64,000 nucleotides of DNA from Clostridia bacterium (GTDB lineage: Bacteria > Bacillota > Clostridia > TANB77 > CAG-465): assembly GCA_045534225.1 (NCBI GenBank), contig JAZSJJ010000004.1:57750-121749 (forward strand). Direction: 5' to 3'. The notes beneath the pieces were generated by a model. It had not been told where the DNA came from. It searched no databases and saw nothing but the letters and a program-made list of their open reading frames with translations. Positions within the stretch are counted from its first letter, which is position 1. Each line of letters opens with the position of its first letter. Positions 39,680 to 52,708 of the stretch are shown piece by piece. A program made the position numbers and the translations under genes.

Positions 39680-40861
39680 CTATATTTCAACAAACTTCAA
39701 CAAATTTAGTATTAAAACTTCTGTTGGATCTTTAATTATTGCTTCTCTTTGTTTTTTCATGTACTTAGGTATTTTCTTCTTAAATTCTGTTAACAGTTCC
39801 TCAAAAGTATAAAATTTAAATTCATCTTTTTCTTCTGACATTACATATTCTATCATAGATACTATTGTCCTTTGGTAAGTTTTTGTATCCGCGCTTTTTA
39901 ACTTAGATGCAAGATTAGGAAGTATCTTTTCAAATAATATCTTCTTAGGTTCCATATCATCAGGTACACCGCTAAGCTTAACAACTTTAGTTATAAATTT
40001 TATTTGTTCATCTGTTATATTTATTAAAGCATTAAATACCTTACTATCTTCTGTTGGTATAACATAGAATTTATCTCCAATATATCCTTTAAGTACACGC
40101 ATAGCATCATAATATCCCATTTCCATATCTCTACGAACAGATTTATTATCGCTTATTGCAATACCACTTAAAACCTTTTTACTTGGTTCTATAACTATAA
40201 TATTTAGTCCTTTTTTATTAACCCATTTAGTTACACCTATTGCATTTGTTCTTATTTCTATAAAATCTGTATATCCCTTATCTATTAAAAGAGATATTGG
40301 ACGATTATCAAAAAAGCCACCATCTATATATGTTTTATTATCTTTTAACAAATCTCCTTGTTTGAAAAAAGGAAGATATGAACTTGCCAAAACATATGAT
40401 GCAACTTCACCTTCTGGTATATCTTCTTTATACATATATACCGGTTTCATATCTGTTAAAGATACTGTAACCATACCATAATCTATTTTAGATTTTCTAA
40501 GTTTCTTTTCATCTATATATGTACTATATAACTTCTTTAATTTATCTGAATCTACACCTTTATTTTCCACATTAGATTTTAAGAAATTAAACCAGTATTT
40601 AATAGATTTCATACTTACTTTCTTATCTACTAATTTTTCTATTTCTTTTTCATCTACATCTAATCCTAAAGTTGATGAACCTCTATACCACGCATCATAT
40701 AATCTTTCAAAATCTCCTTGTGCAAGGACTGCAGCATTAAATGAACCAATTGACGTTCCTACATAACCACCAATTTTATATCCACATTCATATACCGCTT
40801 TCATCGCTCCTAAGTGGTAACTTCCTTTAAGCCCACCACCCTCTAGTACTACTCCATACAT
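39680..40861 (-). CDS. Patatin-like phospholipase
   Basis: LEGGGLKG, GTSIG nucleophile elbow, ASSYLP, DGG. Confidence 0.9.
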   Translation of the reverse strand: MYGVVLEGGGLKGSYHLGAMKAVYECGYKIGGYVGTSIGSFNAAVLAQGDFERLYDAWYRGSSTLGLDVDEKEIEKLVDKKVSMKSIKYWFNFLKSNVENKGVDSDKLKKLYSTYIDEKKLRKSKIDYGMVTVSLTDMKPVYMYKEDIPEGEVASYVLASSYLPFFKQGDLLKDNKTYIDGGFFDNRPISLLIDKGYTDFIEIRTNAIGVTKWVNKKGLNIIVIEPSKKVLSGIAISDNKSVRRDMEMGYYDAMRVLKGYIGDKFYVIPTEDSKVFNALINITDEQIKFITKVVKLSGVPDDMEPKKILFEKILPNLASKLKSADTKTYQRTIVSMIEYVMSEEKDEFKFYTFEELLTEFKKKIPKYMKKQREAIIKDPTEVLILNLLKFVEI

Positions 40862-40920
40862 TTTTATCACCTAAAAAAATTATATGTCAAAAAAATATTA
40901 AAAGCAATATGATTCTCTTG

Positions 40921-42333
40921 TTACATAGTAAGAATTCCACCAGGTGTTTCTAATATTAATAAAACATTTTCTTCTTTTCCGTTATTAGCATTAATATATA
41001 TAAGCACATCATGATTATCTATTTTCCCCTTTACTTCATATGTTAAAACTTCCTCTTTAGACTCTTTTGGAATAACTGCAAGTCTAATATTTTTAATTTC
41101 TACATCTTTGTTTATTTTAGCTTTTGCTTCTGTTTCACCAATACTCACTGTTAAGTTTTCTCTAGTTCCATGATTATATATATATCCACTACATTCAACT
41201 GAACAGATATCCCCATTATCCATAGCAACTTTAACTTTAATTAAATCTGGATAAAGTAAAACACCATCCTGTACAGCAGCATAGTTTATTGTTACCATGT
41301 TATTATCTACTAAATAATATGTTGGATCAAAATTTTTAAGTCCTAACGCTTTCAAATACTCGTCTCCAATTTGCTTACATTCTTCTATATTTAGTTTCTT
41401 TTCCTTAATATCTCTATTGCTTAGTATTAAAAGTAGCTTTCCTTCCTGTTTTGTTATTTGTACATCTACTTCTATCTTTTCTTCTTCATTATTATTTCTT
41501 ATACATTTAACACTAAAATCATAAAGCGGGATATTTCCATTTATTTCACCGTTATATTTAACATCTTTTATTTCATATTTTTCTTTTTTTCCAAGATTTA
41601 TTACACATTCTTTTACTTTTTCCACTGCTTGTTCTACAGTTACATCTTTATCCAATAAATTCTTTGCTTTATTGCTTACTATGTGTTCTGAAAAAGCCCC
41701 ATCATATATTAGTCCTTCATAATCTTCTAATACTGAAGCTATGTTATTTATTCCTTCTAAATTAAGTTCCGCCTTGTCCTTTGTAAGTTCTTCTGATGCA
41801 ACTTTTTCTACTTCATCCCATTTAATTCTTCCTTCTGTAAGTTTTGTATATATATCTGATAACGTCTCGTTTAATTTATCTGCAACTTCACTAATCTTAT
41901 CTATATTTTCATAATCTTTTTCACTCAAATTAGCTTCCGTCGCTATTAAAGTTTCACTATATGATATAACCTGAGTAAAAAATTTAGATACATTACTTAG
42001 TGCACTTTGATTTACTGGAAGTGCAGAAAGATTATCTTTAGCTCTAGTTGCCTCTGCCATTATTTTAGATAACACCGGCAAGTTGTATTCACTTGTTTTT
42101 GTTATTTTAATCTTAGTAACTAATACATCTATATTGTTTACACTAGTTATTATCTCGTACATATTTCTATTATTTGTATCCGTATTTTCTTGCTTTTCTC
42201 TACCATAAATATTTATACTGTTCATCATAATGAGTGTGACCAAACCAAACACAAAAAATGCTAATACTCCCATAGCTTTTGAGTTCTGTTTCTTTTTTAT
42301 TTCTTTAATTTTTGCTTCTATTTTACCTAACAT
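40921..42333 (-). CDS. ypeB: Germination protein YpeB
   Basis: LSALP, SKFFTQ, LIYDGAFSEHI, YPDLIKVKVAMDNG, YINANNGKEE; directly downstream of sleB. Confidence 0.92.
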   Translation of the reverse strand: MLGKIEAKIKEIKKKQNSKAMGVLAFFVFGLVTLIMMNSINIYGREKQENTDTNNRNMYEIITSVNNIDVLVTKIKITKTSEYNLPVLSKIMAEATRAKDNLSALPVNQSALSNVSKFFTQVISYSETLIATEANLSEKDYENIDKISEVADKLNETLSDIYTKLTEGRIKWDEVEKVASEELTKDKAELNLEGINNIASVLEDYEGLIYDGAFSEHIVSNKAKNLLDKDVTVEQAVEKVKECVINLGKKEKYEIKDVKYNGEINGNIPLYDFSVKCIRNNNEEEKIEVDVQITKQEGKLLLILSNRDIKEKKLNIEECKQIGDEYLKALGLKNFDPTYYLVDNNMVTINYAAVQDGVLLYPDLIKVKVAMDNGDICSVECSGYIYNHGTRENLTVSIGETEAKAKINKDVEIKNIRLAVIPKESKEEVLTYEVKGKIDNHDVLIYINANNGKEENVLLILETPGGILTM

Positions 42334-42340
42334 ATTCCAC

Positions 42341-42877
42341 CTACTTTGTAAACCTATGTTTACCTATTGTTACTACAGTCGGTCTACTAAATATCCACTT
42401 ATTTGTACTTGTTTTTGGGTTATAGAAAAAGAGACAACCATTAGTTGGATCTGAACCGTTATATGCTTCTCTTGCAGCTTTGTATACAGTTGAGTCTTTA
42501 GAAATAGGTTTATCGAATTGTCCATCTTTAACGCATGAAAACTGATTCTTTTGGTAAATTACGCCTGAAATTGTATTTGGAAACTCTGAACTTTTGACTC
42601 TATTCATAACAACAGCTCCAACCGCCACTTGACCTTTATATGATTCTCCCCTTGCTTCACCATTTATTAATCTAGCAAGCAAATCTACCATATCTCCATT
42701 ATTAGATACAGAGCTTTGGTCAGTTTTCTTTTTGCTACTCGTTGAACTTTGATCTTTAACCGCTGCCATAACTTCTGGGAAAAGTTTTATTTCATTATGA
42801 TTAAAGGTAATATATAACATCACAAAAAGCGCCATTAAAATAACTATTATTATACCAAAATTAAATATATTTTTCAT
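42341..42877 (-). CDS. sleB: Spore cortex-lytic enzyme SleB (Hydrolase_2, no PG-binding domain)
   Basis: LLARLINGEARGESYKGQVAVGAVVMNRV, FPNTI, DPTNG.LFFYNP, IGKHRF; paired with ypeB. Confidence 0.9.
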   Translation of the reverse strand: MKNIFNFGIIIVILMALFVMLYITFNHNEIKLFPEVMAAVKDQSSTSSKKKTDQSSVSNNGDMVDLLARLINGEARGESYKGQVAVGAVVMNRVKSSEFPNTISGVIYQKNQFSCVKDGQFDKPISKDSTVYKAAREAYNGSDPTNGCLFFYNPKTSTNKWIFSRPTVVTIGKHRFTK

Positions 42878-42902
42878 AAATACCTCGCATTAATTTTATT
42901 AG

Positions 42903-42932
42903 TATTTTGAGTTAATAACAAAAAAAATATGC
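42903..42932 (-). promoter_or_regulatory. sigmaG-type promoter of sleB-ypeB
   Basis: GCATA-N18-CAAAATA fits GHATA-N18-CAWWHTA; sleB-ypeB is sigmaG-dependent in Bacillus subtilis. Confidence 0.65.
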
Positions 42933-42956
42933 ATATATTTTATATGCATATTTTAA

Positions 42957-43595
42957 TTAATTATTTTCTTTTATTTTATATTCTTCAAGTAAGTTTATTA
43001 TTTCCATGAACGCTTCATCATTCTCGAATTTTGCTCTATGATATTCTCTAAAAACATCTCCCGCATCATCTGCTCCAGCATCTACTATATCTTTAACTAA
43101 TTCTATTTGTTCCTCTGGAGCTGTTTCTAAACTTATTCTACCAGTATCCGAATATTTCTTTGCCCATAAAATACATTCTAATTTATCGCAAAGGTATGCA
43201 AAAATTGCCTCTTTAGTTTCACGCTTTTCAAACTCATCTACATATCTTTTAATGTATTCACCATTTTTTATTGTACTTGTAATTCTTAAAATAGCTTCCC
43301 TTCCTAGTTCAGCTTTCTTAGCTTCAGTAACACCATCAAAAGGTGTAATATCTCCAATTTCTATTTCTTCAGTTTCATGATGTGCTAACATTGTTGTAAC
43401 CTTATCTATATTTATATCCAAATCATATTCTAGATATATTGCCATAGCTAGAATTTGAGTTCCGTAAATGTGTTCTGCTATTCTTTCGACTGGTCCAGTT
43501 CTTAAAATATTCCAATCTACCCAACCACTTCTTTCTACTTCTTTTAATTTACATGCTCTATAATAATAATCTAATACACTTTCTGCTTTATTCAT
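42957..43595 (-). CDS. HD-domain hydrolase (YfbR/HD_3-like)
   Basis: LKEVERSGW, ERIAEH, HHETEE..GDITP, DKLE. Confidence 0.8.
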   Translation of the reverse strand: MNKAESVLDYYYRACKLKEVERSGWVDWNILRTGPVERIAEHIYGTQILAMAIYLEYDLDINIDKVTTMLAHHETEEIEIGDITPFDGVTEAKKAELGREAILRITSTIKNGEYIKRYVDEFEKRETKEAIFAYLCDKLECILWAKKYSDTGRISLETAPEEQIELVKDIVDAGADDAGDVFREYHRAKFENDEAFMEIINLLEEYKIKENN

Positions 43596-43801
43596 ATTAT
43601 CCCCCTAATACGCACATTATACCACAAATATTAACAATTTGTATATTATTCTGCCTAGCATATTTACAAATATTTTTAAGGTATATATAATATACATATG
43701 GCGTGAGTATCAATGCCAGGAGAATACAAATTTCGACAAAAAAATAAATTTGACAGCCGTTATATATTATAGTATCTTATATATCCAAAGGAGGAATATA
43801 T

Positions 43802-43987
43802 ATGATTAACAACAACAAAGAAAAACGTACTAACACTTTATGTGTAAGTGAAAATATTAACAACCTAAATAACGAAGAAGCTGTTATAGATAGAGTTATT
43901 GAACTATACGAAAGTGGTGCTTTTACTAAAAAGGATTTCATTTCATTAGATGAATTTGAAAAAAGAATAAGAGGTGTTATTTATTGA
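43802..43987 (+). CDS. Putative antitoxin
   Basis: 61-aa acidic ORF with GGAGG RBS; ends ISLDEFEKRI; overlaps the toxin start by 4 nt. Confidence 0.6.
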   Translation: MINNNKEKRTNTLCVSENINNLNNEEAVIDRVIELYESGAFTKKDFISLDEFEKRIRGVIY

Positions 43988-44292
43988 TATATAAAGTAAA
44001 TCTAACTAACCTCTCAACAATTACAACAGAATACAATTTAAATTTCTTAAAAATATTTAATTCAAAATATGCTGAAAAAGTTGGTAATAAGATAATTGCT
44101 GAAGCAAAATCACTTTCACTATTTCCACATTCACATCCAATATACAAGAAAACAAAATTAAATGTATACCGCAAATTATTAATAAGTGAATTCTTTCATA
44201 TAATTTACACTATCTTTAACAACGAAGTAGTTGTATTATATACAACTGATGCAAGAAAAGAATCTGATGAATACTATTATTATCTTACTTAA
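43984..44292 (+). CDS. RelE/ParE family toxin
   Basis: YKVNLT, SLSLFPHSHP, YRKLLI, HIIYTI..VVVL...DARK. Confidence 0.7.
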   Translation: MIYKVNLTNLSTITTEYNLNFLKIFNSKYAEKVGNKIIAEAKSLSLFPHSHPIYKKTKLNVYRKLLISEFFHIIYTIFNNEVVVLYTTDARKESDEYYYYLT

Positions 44293-44361
44293 TTTTTAAC
44301 CTAAATTTATTCCGTATAACTTATTATTTTTGTACATATATTAATACTGGTGAGTGTATAT

Positions 44362-44838
44362 ATGATTAGTAAAATTAAAAAATTATGGAACAAATACAAA
44401 AGATTATTGTTATATATTTTCATTGCATTAGCTGCTGGATTTATTGGTAATTTATTAGCTGGTGGAACTGAAATATATGAACAAATTAACACCCCATCAT
44501 TTGCTCCACCTGGATTCTTATTTCCTATTGTTTGGAGTATATTATATATACTTATGGGAATAGGTGCATATTTAATATCTAAAGAAGAAAATAATTCTAA
44601 AGCTCTTAAGTTATATTATACACAGTTAATAGTAAACTCTTTATGGTCAATTTTATTCTTTAGATTTAAATTATTTGCCATCTCTACATTGTGGCTTGTT
44701 TTATTAATTGTATTGGTGTCTTTTATGACATATGAATTTTATAAACTAAATAAAAAAGCCGCCTTGATCCAAGTCCCATATATATTATGGATTGTTTTTG
44801 CATTTGTACTAAATTACTCTATATACCTACTAAACTAA
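44362..44838 (+). CDS. TspO/MBR family tryptophan-rich sensory protein
   Basis: PSFAPPGFLFPIVWSILYILMG, QLIVNSLWSILFF, PYILW..FA..LN. Confidence 0.9.
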   Translation: MISKIKKLWNKYKRLLLYIFIALAAGFIGNLLAGGTEIYEQINTPSFAPPGFLFPIVWSILYILMGIGAYLISKEENNSKALKLYYTQLIVNSLWSILFFRFKLFAISTLWLVLLIVLVSFMTYEFYKLNKKAALIQVPYILWIVFAFVLNYSIYLLN

Positions 44839-44891
44839 AAACAGATACCATATTGGTATCTGTTTTTATATTATATTCTTTTATTATAATT

Positions 44892-45329
44892 TTACTTATC
44901 CTCTTTTTTTCTAAATACTAATAATTTGCTAAATAGATAATTCACTATAATTACCATAATTTGAGTTACTATCTTAGATATAACATCATTTATATGTAAC
45001 ACTTTTACCATTAACGCAAATGTTCCTACATCACAAGTTATTGCAGATATTATTCTACACCCTATAAATGATACAAACTCCTTAAATCCCGCCTTAAAAC
45101 CTTTAGTCTTACTTTCAAATACAAATATTTTATTTGCAACATATGCAAATATTACTGCAACAACCCATGCTAAGCTACTACTTGTTACTTCTTCTAAATG
45201 CATAAGTCTAGTAAACAACATATATGCCACGAAGTTAAGGACAGTTGTAAGTCCACCACATATTAAATAGTTTATAATTTCTTTATATTTCAAATAATAT
45301 TTTTTACCTAGTTCATATAATTTCTTCAT
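44892..45329 (-). CDS. GtrA family flippase-like protein
   Basis: YLICGGLTTVLN, FAYVANKIFVF, NYLFSKLLVF. Confidence 0.88.
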   Translation of the reverse strand: MKKLYELGKKYYLKYKEIINYLICGGLTTVLNFVAYMLFTRLMHLEEVTSSSLAWVVAVIFAYVANKIFVFESKTKGFKAGFKEFVSFIGCRIISAITCDVGTFALMVKVLHINDVISKIVTQIMVIIVNYLFSKLLVFRKKEDK

Positions 45330-45443
45330 ATATTTACCCCTTTAATGCAGTTATTATATCACAAAAAAGAGTTTTTGCAAATCTTAACACCATAATAATT
45401 ATAGTCCATATAAACAGAGAAAAGGTTGCCCATCAGGGCAACC

Positions 45444-46082
45444 TTACTTTGCGAAATTATGGTTTCCAATTACTTTTACTACAGGTCTAGTGAAAATCCA
45501 CTGACTTGTACTAATCCGAGGATTGTAAAAGAATGTAGCGCCTCCAGTAGGATCAACTCCATTAAGAGCTTCAATTGCAGCTTGGTAACAAGTACCATAA
45601 TCTGTAATTTCAGAATCCCATTTACTGCTACCCACGGGGCTAAACTGATTCTTCTGATAGATTACATCATGAATAGTATTCGGGAAGCCAGAAGTTTTGA
45701 GTCTGTTCATTACAACAGCTCCAACTGCTACTTGACCTTCATAACATTCACCGCGAGCCTCAAAGTAAATGAGTCTTGCAAGTAAATCCAACTCGTCTTC
45801 AGTGTACCACGTTTCTACAACAGTAGTTTCGGGGAGTTCCTTTAACGGAACCTTTTCTTCAGGAATTTCTTCTACAGGTGCTATAGGTTTGCTGGTAGCC
45901 ATAGGCTCATCCTTAATGCTATGTGTATTATCTATTCTCTCAACACGAGTGTTGTCTACGACATCACTTGCTGAAACAACGATGCTAACATAAACTATAA
46001 GAAGGATTGCAAGAATGATTGTAAGAACTACAATCAACCGTACCATAATTTTCATTGTTTTTTCAAACATTTCAGTCGTCAT
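45444..46082 (-). CDS. Second cell wall hydrolase (Hydrolase_2, SleB-like), membrane anchored
   Basis: TM, P/E/T linker, LLARLIYFEARGECYEGQVAVGAVVMNR, DPTGGATFFYNP; ATG at 46082 with GGAGG RBS (the ORF-track TTG at 46166 is the -35 box). Confidence 0.88.
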   Translation of the reverse strand: MTTEMFEKTMKIMVRLIVVLTIILAILLIVYVSIVVSASDVVDNTRVERIDNTHSIKDEPMATSKPIAPVEEIPEEKVPLKELPETTVVETWYTEDELDLLARLIYFEARGECYEGQVAVGAVVMNRLKTSGFPNTIHDVIYQKNQFSPVGSSKWDSEITDYGTCYQAAIEALNGVDPTGGATFFYNPRISTSQWIFTRPVVKVIGNHNFAK

Positions 46083-46235
46083 TGTTTTTTGTACCTCCAA
46101 TAAAATTTTACGTTGGACTAAAAATATTGATATGTATATTATATCACAAGAGCGCCTATTTTTCAAATTATGTTAACATCACTCATAATAAAACAAGCCA
46201 TATTTCTATGACTTGTTTTTATTATATATTACATA

Positions 46236-47552
<1,317 letters not shown>

Positions 47553-47571
47553 CTATTACTTCCTTTCTATA

Positions 47572-49110
47572 TTACTTTACTAAAGAACGACCTGTCATTT
47601 CTTTTGGTTTTGTAAGCCCCATTATATCTATTAATGTTGGAGATACATCTGTTAATGTCCCACATTCTACCTTTTCATATCTATCTGATACTACTATGAT
47701 TGGTACATCAAAAGTTGAATGGGATGTTATTACTTCACCTGTTACTAAATCTATCATCTGCTCACAGTTTCCATGGTCTGCAATTATTATTGCTTCTCCA
47801 CCCATTTCAACTAGTTTATCTATAACTTTTCCAACACACTCATCAACAGCTTCAACTGCTTTTACCGCAGCATCAAAATCTCCAGTATGTCCAACCATAT
47901 CTCCATTTGCGAAGTTTACAATTATTACATCATGTTTCTTAGCATCGATTTCTGCTACTAATCTATCTGTAACTTCATATGCAGACATTTCCGGTTTTAG
48001 ATCATACGTTGCAACTTTTGGCGATGGGACAAGAATTCTAGATTCTCCATTGAATTCTTTTTCTTCTCCACCATTAAAGAAGAATGTAACGTGGGCATAT
48101 TTTTCTGTTTCTGCTATTCTAAGTTGTGTGTATCCACGTTTAGATAAAAACTCACCTAAAGTTTCTTTTATTTCTTCTTTTCTAAATGCAACTTTAACTG
48201 TATCTAGGGTTTCTTCATATTCTGTCATACCAACATACATTAGATTAGTAAGTTTACCTGTTTTTCTAGTAAATCCAGTAAAGTTTGTATCCTTAAATGC
48301 ATGAGATATTTCTCTTGCTCTATCTGGTCTAAAGTTTGCAAATATTACTGCATCTCCTGATTCTACCAAGGCTAGTGGCTTATCTTCATCATCTACTATA
48401 ACTACTGGTTTTACAAACTCATCGAATTCTTGACATTCATACGAATTTTCTAACGCTCTTTCAGCAGATTTAAAGTGTTTACCTTCACCTATAGTTAATG
48501 CATCATATGCAAGTTCTACTCTATCCCAACGCTTGTCTCTATCCATCACGTAGTATCTACCACATATACTTGCCACTTTACCTACTTCTAGTTCTTTACA
48601 TTTATTTTCTAACGCTCTCATATATTCCACACCTGATGTTGGAGGTGTATCTCTTCCATCCATAAACGCGTGAATATATACCTTAGATATTCCTTCTCTT
48701 TTAGCAAGTTCAAGTAGCGCATAAAAATGTTCTATATGCGAATGAACTCCGCCATCAGATAGAAGTCCAAATATATGTAACTTACTATTTTTTTCTTTAA
48801 CATGGTTTACTGCATCTAAAAGCACTTTATTCTTAAAGAACTCACCTGTTCTTATCTTCTCAGATATTAAAGTTAAGTCTTGATAAATAACCCTACCAGC
48901 ACCTATACTCATATGTCCAACTTCAGAATTTCCCATTTGGCCTTCTGGAAGTCCTACACTAAGTCCACTTGTCTTTAAAGATGCATTTGGATATTTAGCA
49001 AACAACTTATCTAGATTTGGTGTGTTTGCTGCTTTAAATGCATTACCTCTTTCATCCTCATTTATGCCAACGCCATCTAATACCATTAGCACATACTGTT
49101 TATCCTTCAT
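47572..49110 (-). CDS. gpmI: 2,3-BPG-independent phosphoglycerate mutase
   Basis: LDGVG, GQMGNSEVGH, SDGGVHSH, AETEKYAHVTFF, DMVGHTG, ADHGN. Confidence 0.97.
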   Translation of the reverse strand: MKDKQYVLMVLDGVGINEDERGNAFKAANTPNLDKLFAKYPNASLKTSGLSVGLPEGQMGNSEVGHMSIGAGRVIYQDLTLISEKIRTGEFFKNKVLLDAVNHVKEKNSKLHIFGLLSDGGVHSHIEHFYALLELAKREGISKVYIHAFMDGRDTPPTSGVEYMRALENKCKELEVGKVASICGRYYVMDRDKRWDRVELAYDALTIGEGKHFKSAERALENSYECQEFDEFVKPVVIVDDEDKPLALVESGDAVIFANFRPDRAREISHAFKDTNFTGFTRKTGKLTNLMYVGMTEYEETLDTVKVAFRKEEIKETLGEFLSKRGYTQLRIAETEKYAHVTFFFNGGEEKEFNGESRILVPSPKVATYDLKPEMSAYEVTDRLVAEIDAKKHDVIIVNFANGDMVGHTGDFDAAVKAVEAVDECVGKVIDKLVEMGGEAIIIADHGNCEQMIDLVTGEVITSHSTFDVPIIVVSDRYEKVECGTLTDVSPTLIDIMGLTKPKEMTGRSLVK

Positions 49111-49123
49111 ATTTTCTCCCTTA

Positions 49124-49876
49124 CTATCTTGCAGCTTTTATTATATTAGTAAATGTTGGTTTTAAGCTTGCACCACCAACTAGTGCGCCATCAATGTTTG
49201 GCATTTCAAATAACTCTTTTGCATTAGCATCATTTACGCTTCCGCCATATTGTATTCTAACATTATCTGCTACATTTAATCCATACATTTTAGCTACGTT
49301 ATATCTAATGTGTGAACACATTTCTTCTGCTTGTTCTTTTGTAGCTGTCTTACCAGTACCTATTGCCCATATTGGTTCATACGCTATTATTATTTTATCT
49401 ACAAATCTTACATCAATGCTTTCCATTGCTTTTCTTACTTGTTTTTCTATTTTTTCTAAATGAACATTCGCTTCTCTTTCGTCTAATGTTTCTCCAACAC
49501 ATATTACTGGAGTTATTCCATTTTCTAAAAGAACTTTTGCTTTCTTGTTTACAGTTTCATCTGTTTCATTAAAGTATTGTCTTCTTTCGCTATGACCAAT
49601 TATACAGTACTTAACACCAGTTTCTTTAAGCATTTCTACGCTTATTTCACCTGTATATGCACCTCTTGGTTCAAAGTGAACATTTTGTGCTGCAATACCG
49701 ATATATTCGTTATCTCTTACAGCATCCATACTTGCCCATAGTGCTGTATATGGTACCGCAAAGCCAACTTCAACTTCACCATCTTTTACTTCAACTGACA
49801 TAAATCTTAAAAAGTTTTTAGCTTCTTCAGCTGTCATGTTCATTTTCCAATTTCCAATTACAACTTTTTTACGCAT
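49124..49876 (-). CDS. tpiA: Triosephosphate isomerase
   Basis: GNWKMN, IGHSERR, AYEPIWAIGTG, YGGSV, LVGGASL. Confidence 0.98.
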   Translation of the reverse strand: MRKKVVIGNWKMNMTAEEAKNFLRFMSVEVKDGEVEVGFAVPYTALWASMDAVRDNEYIGIAAQNVHFEPRGAYTGEISVEMLKETGVKYCIIGHSERRQYFNETDETVNKKAKVLLENGITPVICVGETLDEREANVHLEKIEKQVRKAMESIDVRFVDKIIIAYEPIWAIGTGKTATKEQAEEMCSHIRYNVAKMYGLNVADNVRIQYGGSVNDANAKELFEMPNIDGALVGGASLKPTFTNIIKAAR

Positions 49877-49886
49877 ATCTTACTCC

Positions 49887-50360
49887 TTATTTAACACACT
49901 CTTTCATTTCCAAATCTTGTACCCAATTAGGTGTTAAAGATTTATTTGCAAATGTAAAATACAATTTACCTTTAGAATCTAAACTCCATTCTCCCATCCA
50001 GAATGATGGATAGATTAGTTCTAGATAATCCCAATCAGACGATTCAAACATCTTGTTGATTTTATCTATTTCTAATTTTAACTCTTCCTCTGAAGTTATA
50101 CTTCCATCTAAAAACTTAGAAGCTACTGTTTGTTCTATATTGTTATATACATCTTCAAACTCTTCCATGTTTCCTTCTTCTTCATACTGAGCCTTAATAC
50201 TTAGCATTTGTTCTTCTGTAAGAGTTTCTGTATTTTCTGCATTAGGAATAATGTTATTAGTCTCTTTTTTATCCCCTGAAAGCATCAAAATACTTACAGC
50301 GATAATTATTATCGCCGCAAGTATCATATAAACATATTTATTTGATGCTAAATTCTTCAT
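49887..50360 (-). CDS. Hypothetical single-TM acidic protein inside the glycolytic operon
   Basis: 157 aa, N-terminal hydrophobic helix, AGGAG RBS, 10-15 nt gaps to pgk and tpiA. Confidence 0.75.
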   Translation of the reverse strand: MKNLASNKYVYMILAAIIIIAVSILMLSGDKKETNNIIPNAENTETLTEEQMLSIKAQYEEEGNMEEFEDVYNNIEQTVASKFLDGSITSEEELKLEIDKINKMFESSDWDYLELIYPSFWMGEWSLDSKGKLYFTFANKSLTPNWVQDLEMKECVK

Positions 50361-50375
50361 TTAATTCTCCTACAT

Positions 50376-51554
50376 TTATTTGTCATTTAGAGCAACTATT
50401 CCTGGAAGTTCTTTTCCTTCCATAAATTCTAGTGATGCTCCACCACCTGTTGATACATGTGTCATTTCTTGTTCAAGGCCAGCTTTAGCAACTGCTGATG
50501 CGCTGTCTCCACCACCAATTATTGTTTCAGCATTAGATTCTGCCATAGCTTTTGCTACTGCATTTGTTCCAGTTGCAAATTTCTTAAACTCGAATACTCC
50601 AACTGGTCCATTCCATACAACTGTTCCAGCACCTTTAATTACTTCTGTAAATAGTTCTATAGACTTAGGTCCAATATCCATACCTTGGTATCCATCAGGA
50701 ATGTTCATAGATTCTACTACTATGCTATCTGCATCTTCTGCAAATTCTGTGGCAGCTACTGTATCTACTGGAAGTACAACTTTTACATTCTTTTCCTTAG
50801 CCTTAGCAAGTATTTCTTTAGCTACTTCTATCTTGTCCTCTTCTAAGATAGAGTTACCAATATTTCCACCTAAAGCTTTAACGAATGTGTATGTCATTCC
50901 ACCACCTATTATTATTGTATCTACTTTTTCTAATAGGTTTAGTAGCACTGCTATTTTAGAAGAAACTTTAGCTCCACCAATAATTGCTACTAGTGGTCTT
51001 TTAGGATTATCTATTGCATCTCCTAATGCTTTAAGTTCTTTTTCTATTAAGAAACCACATACTGCTGGTAAGTGTTTTGCAACACCTTCAGTAGAAGCAT
51101 GTGCTCTATGTGCAGTTCCAAATGCATCATTTACATAGATATCTGCTAAAGATGCTAATTCTTTTGCAAACATTTCATCATTTGCTTCTTCTTCAGCAAA
51201 TCTTCTAACATTTTCTAGTAATACTACATCACCAGGTTTCATATTAGAGATAACGGCTTTAGCGTTATCTCCAATTATTTCTGGTATAAGTGTTACTTCT
51301 TTTTCTAGGTACTCTCCAAGTCTTGTTGCAACTGGAGCTATTGAAAGTTTTTCTTTAGTCTTACCTATGTGAGAACAAAGAATTACTTTCGCATTATTAT
51401 TTATTAAATACTTAATAGTATTTAAAGATTCTCTAATTCTTTTATCGTTAGTTATTGTAGTTTTTGTTTCCAAATCTAATGGAACGTTAAAGTCTACTCT
51501 AACTAATACTCTTTTATTAGATACATCAATATCTCTAACACTTTTTTTATTCAT
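50376..51554 (-). CDS. pgk: Phosphoglycerate kinase
   Basis: [43 protein letters not shown]. Confidence 0.98.
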   Translation of the reverse strand: MNKKSVRDIDVSNKRVLVRVDFNVPLDLETKTTITNDKRIRESLNTIKYLINNNAKVILCSHIGKTKEKLSIAPVATRLGEYLEKEVTLIPEIIGDNAKAVISNMKPGDVVLLENVRRFAEEEANDEMFAKELASLADIYVNDAFGTAHRAHASTEGVAKHLPAVCGFLIEKELKALGDAIDNPKRPLVAIIGGAKVSSKIAVLLNLLEKVDTIIIGGGMTYTFVKALGGNIGNSILEEDKIEVAKEILAKAKEKNVKVVLPVDTVAATEFAEDADSIVVESMNIPDGYQGMDIGPKSIELFTEVIKGAGTVVWNGPVGVFEFKKFATGTNAVAKAMAESNAETIIGGGDSASAVAKAGLEQEMTHVSTGGGASLEFMEGKELPGIVALNDK

Positions 51555-51580
51555 ATATTTTTATCCTCTTAAACAACCTC

Positions 51581-52603
<1,023 letters not shown>

Positions 52604-52708
52604 TTAAATTGGCTAACTATATTTTATATCACTAATATTTATTTTGCAATAGTTGTGGGAATTTTATAACTTATTTTTTTAAGTTATTTTTTGTGACATT
52701 TTACACAC

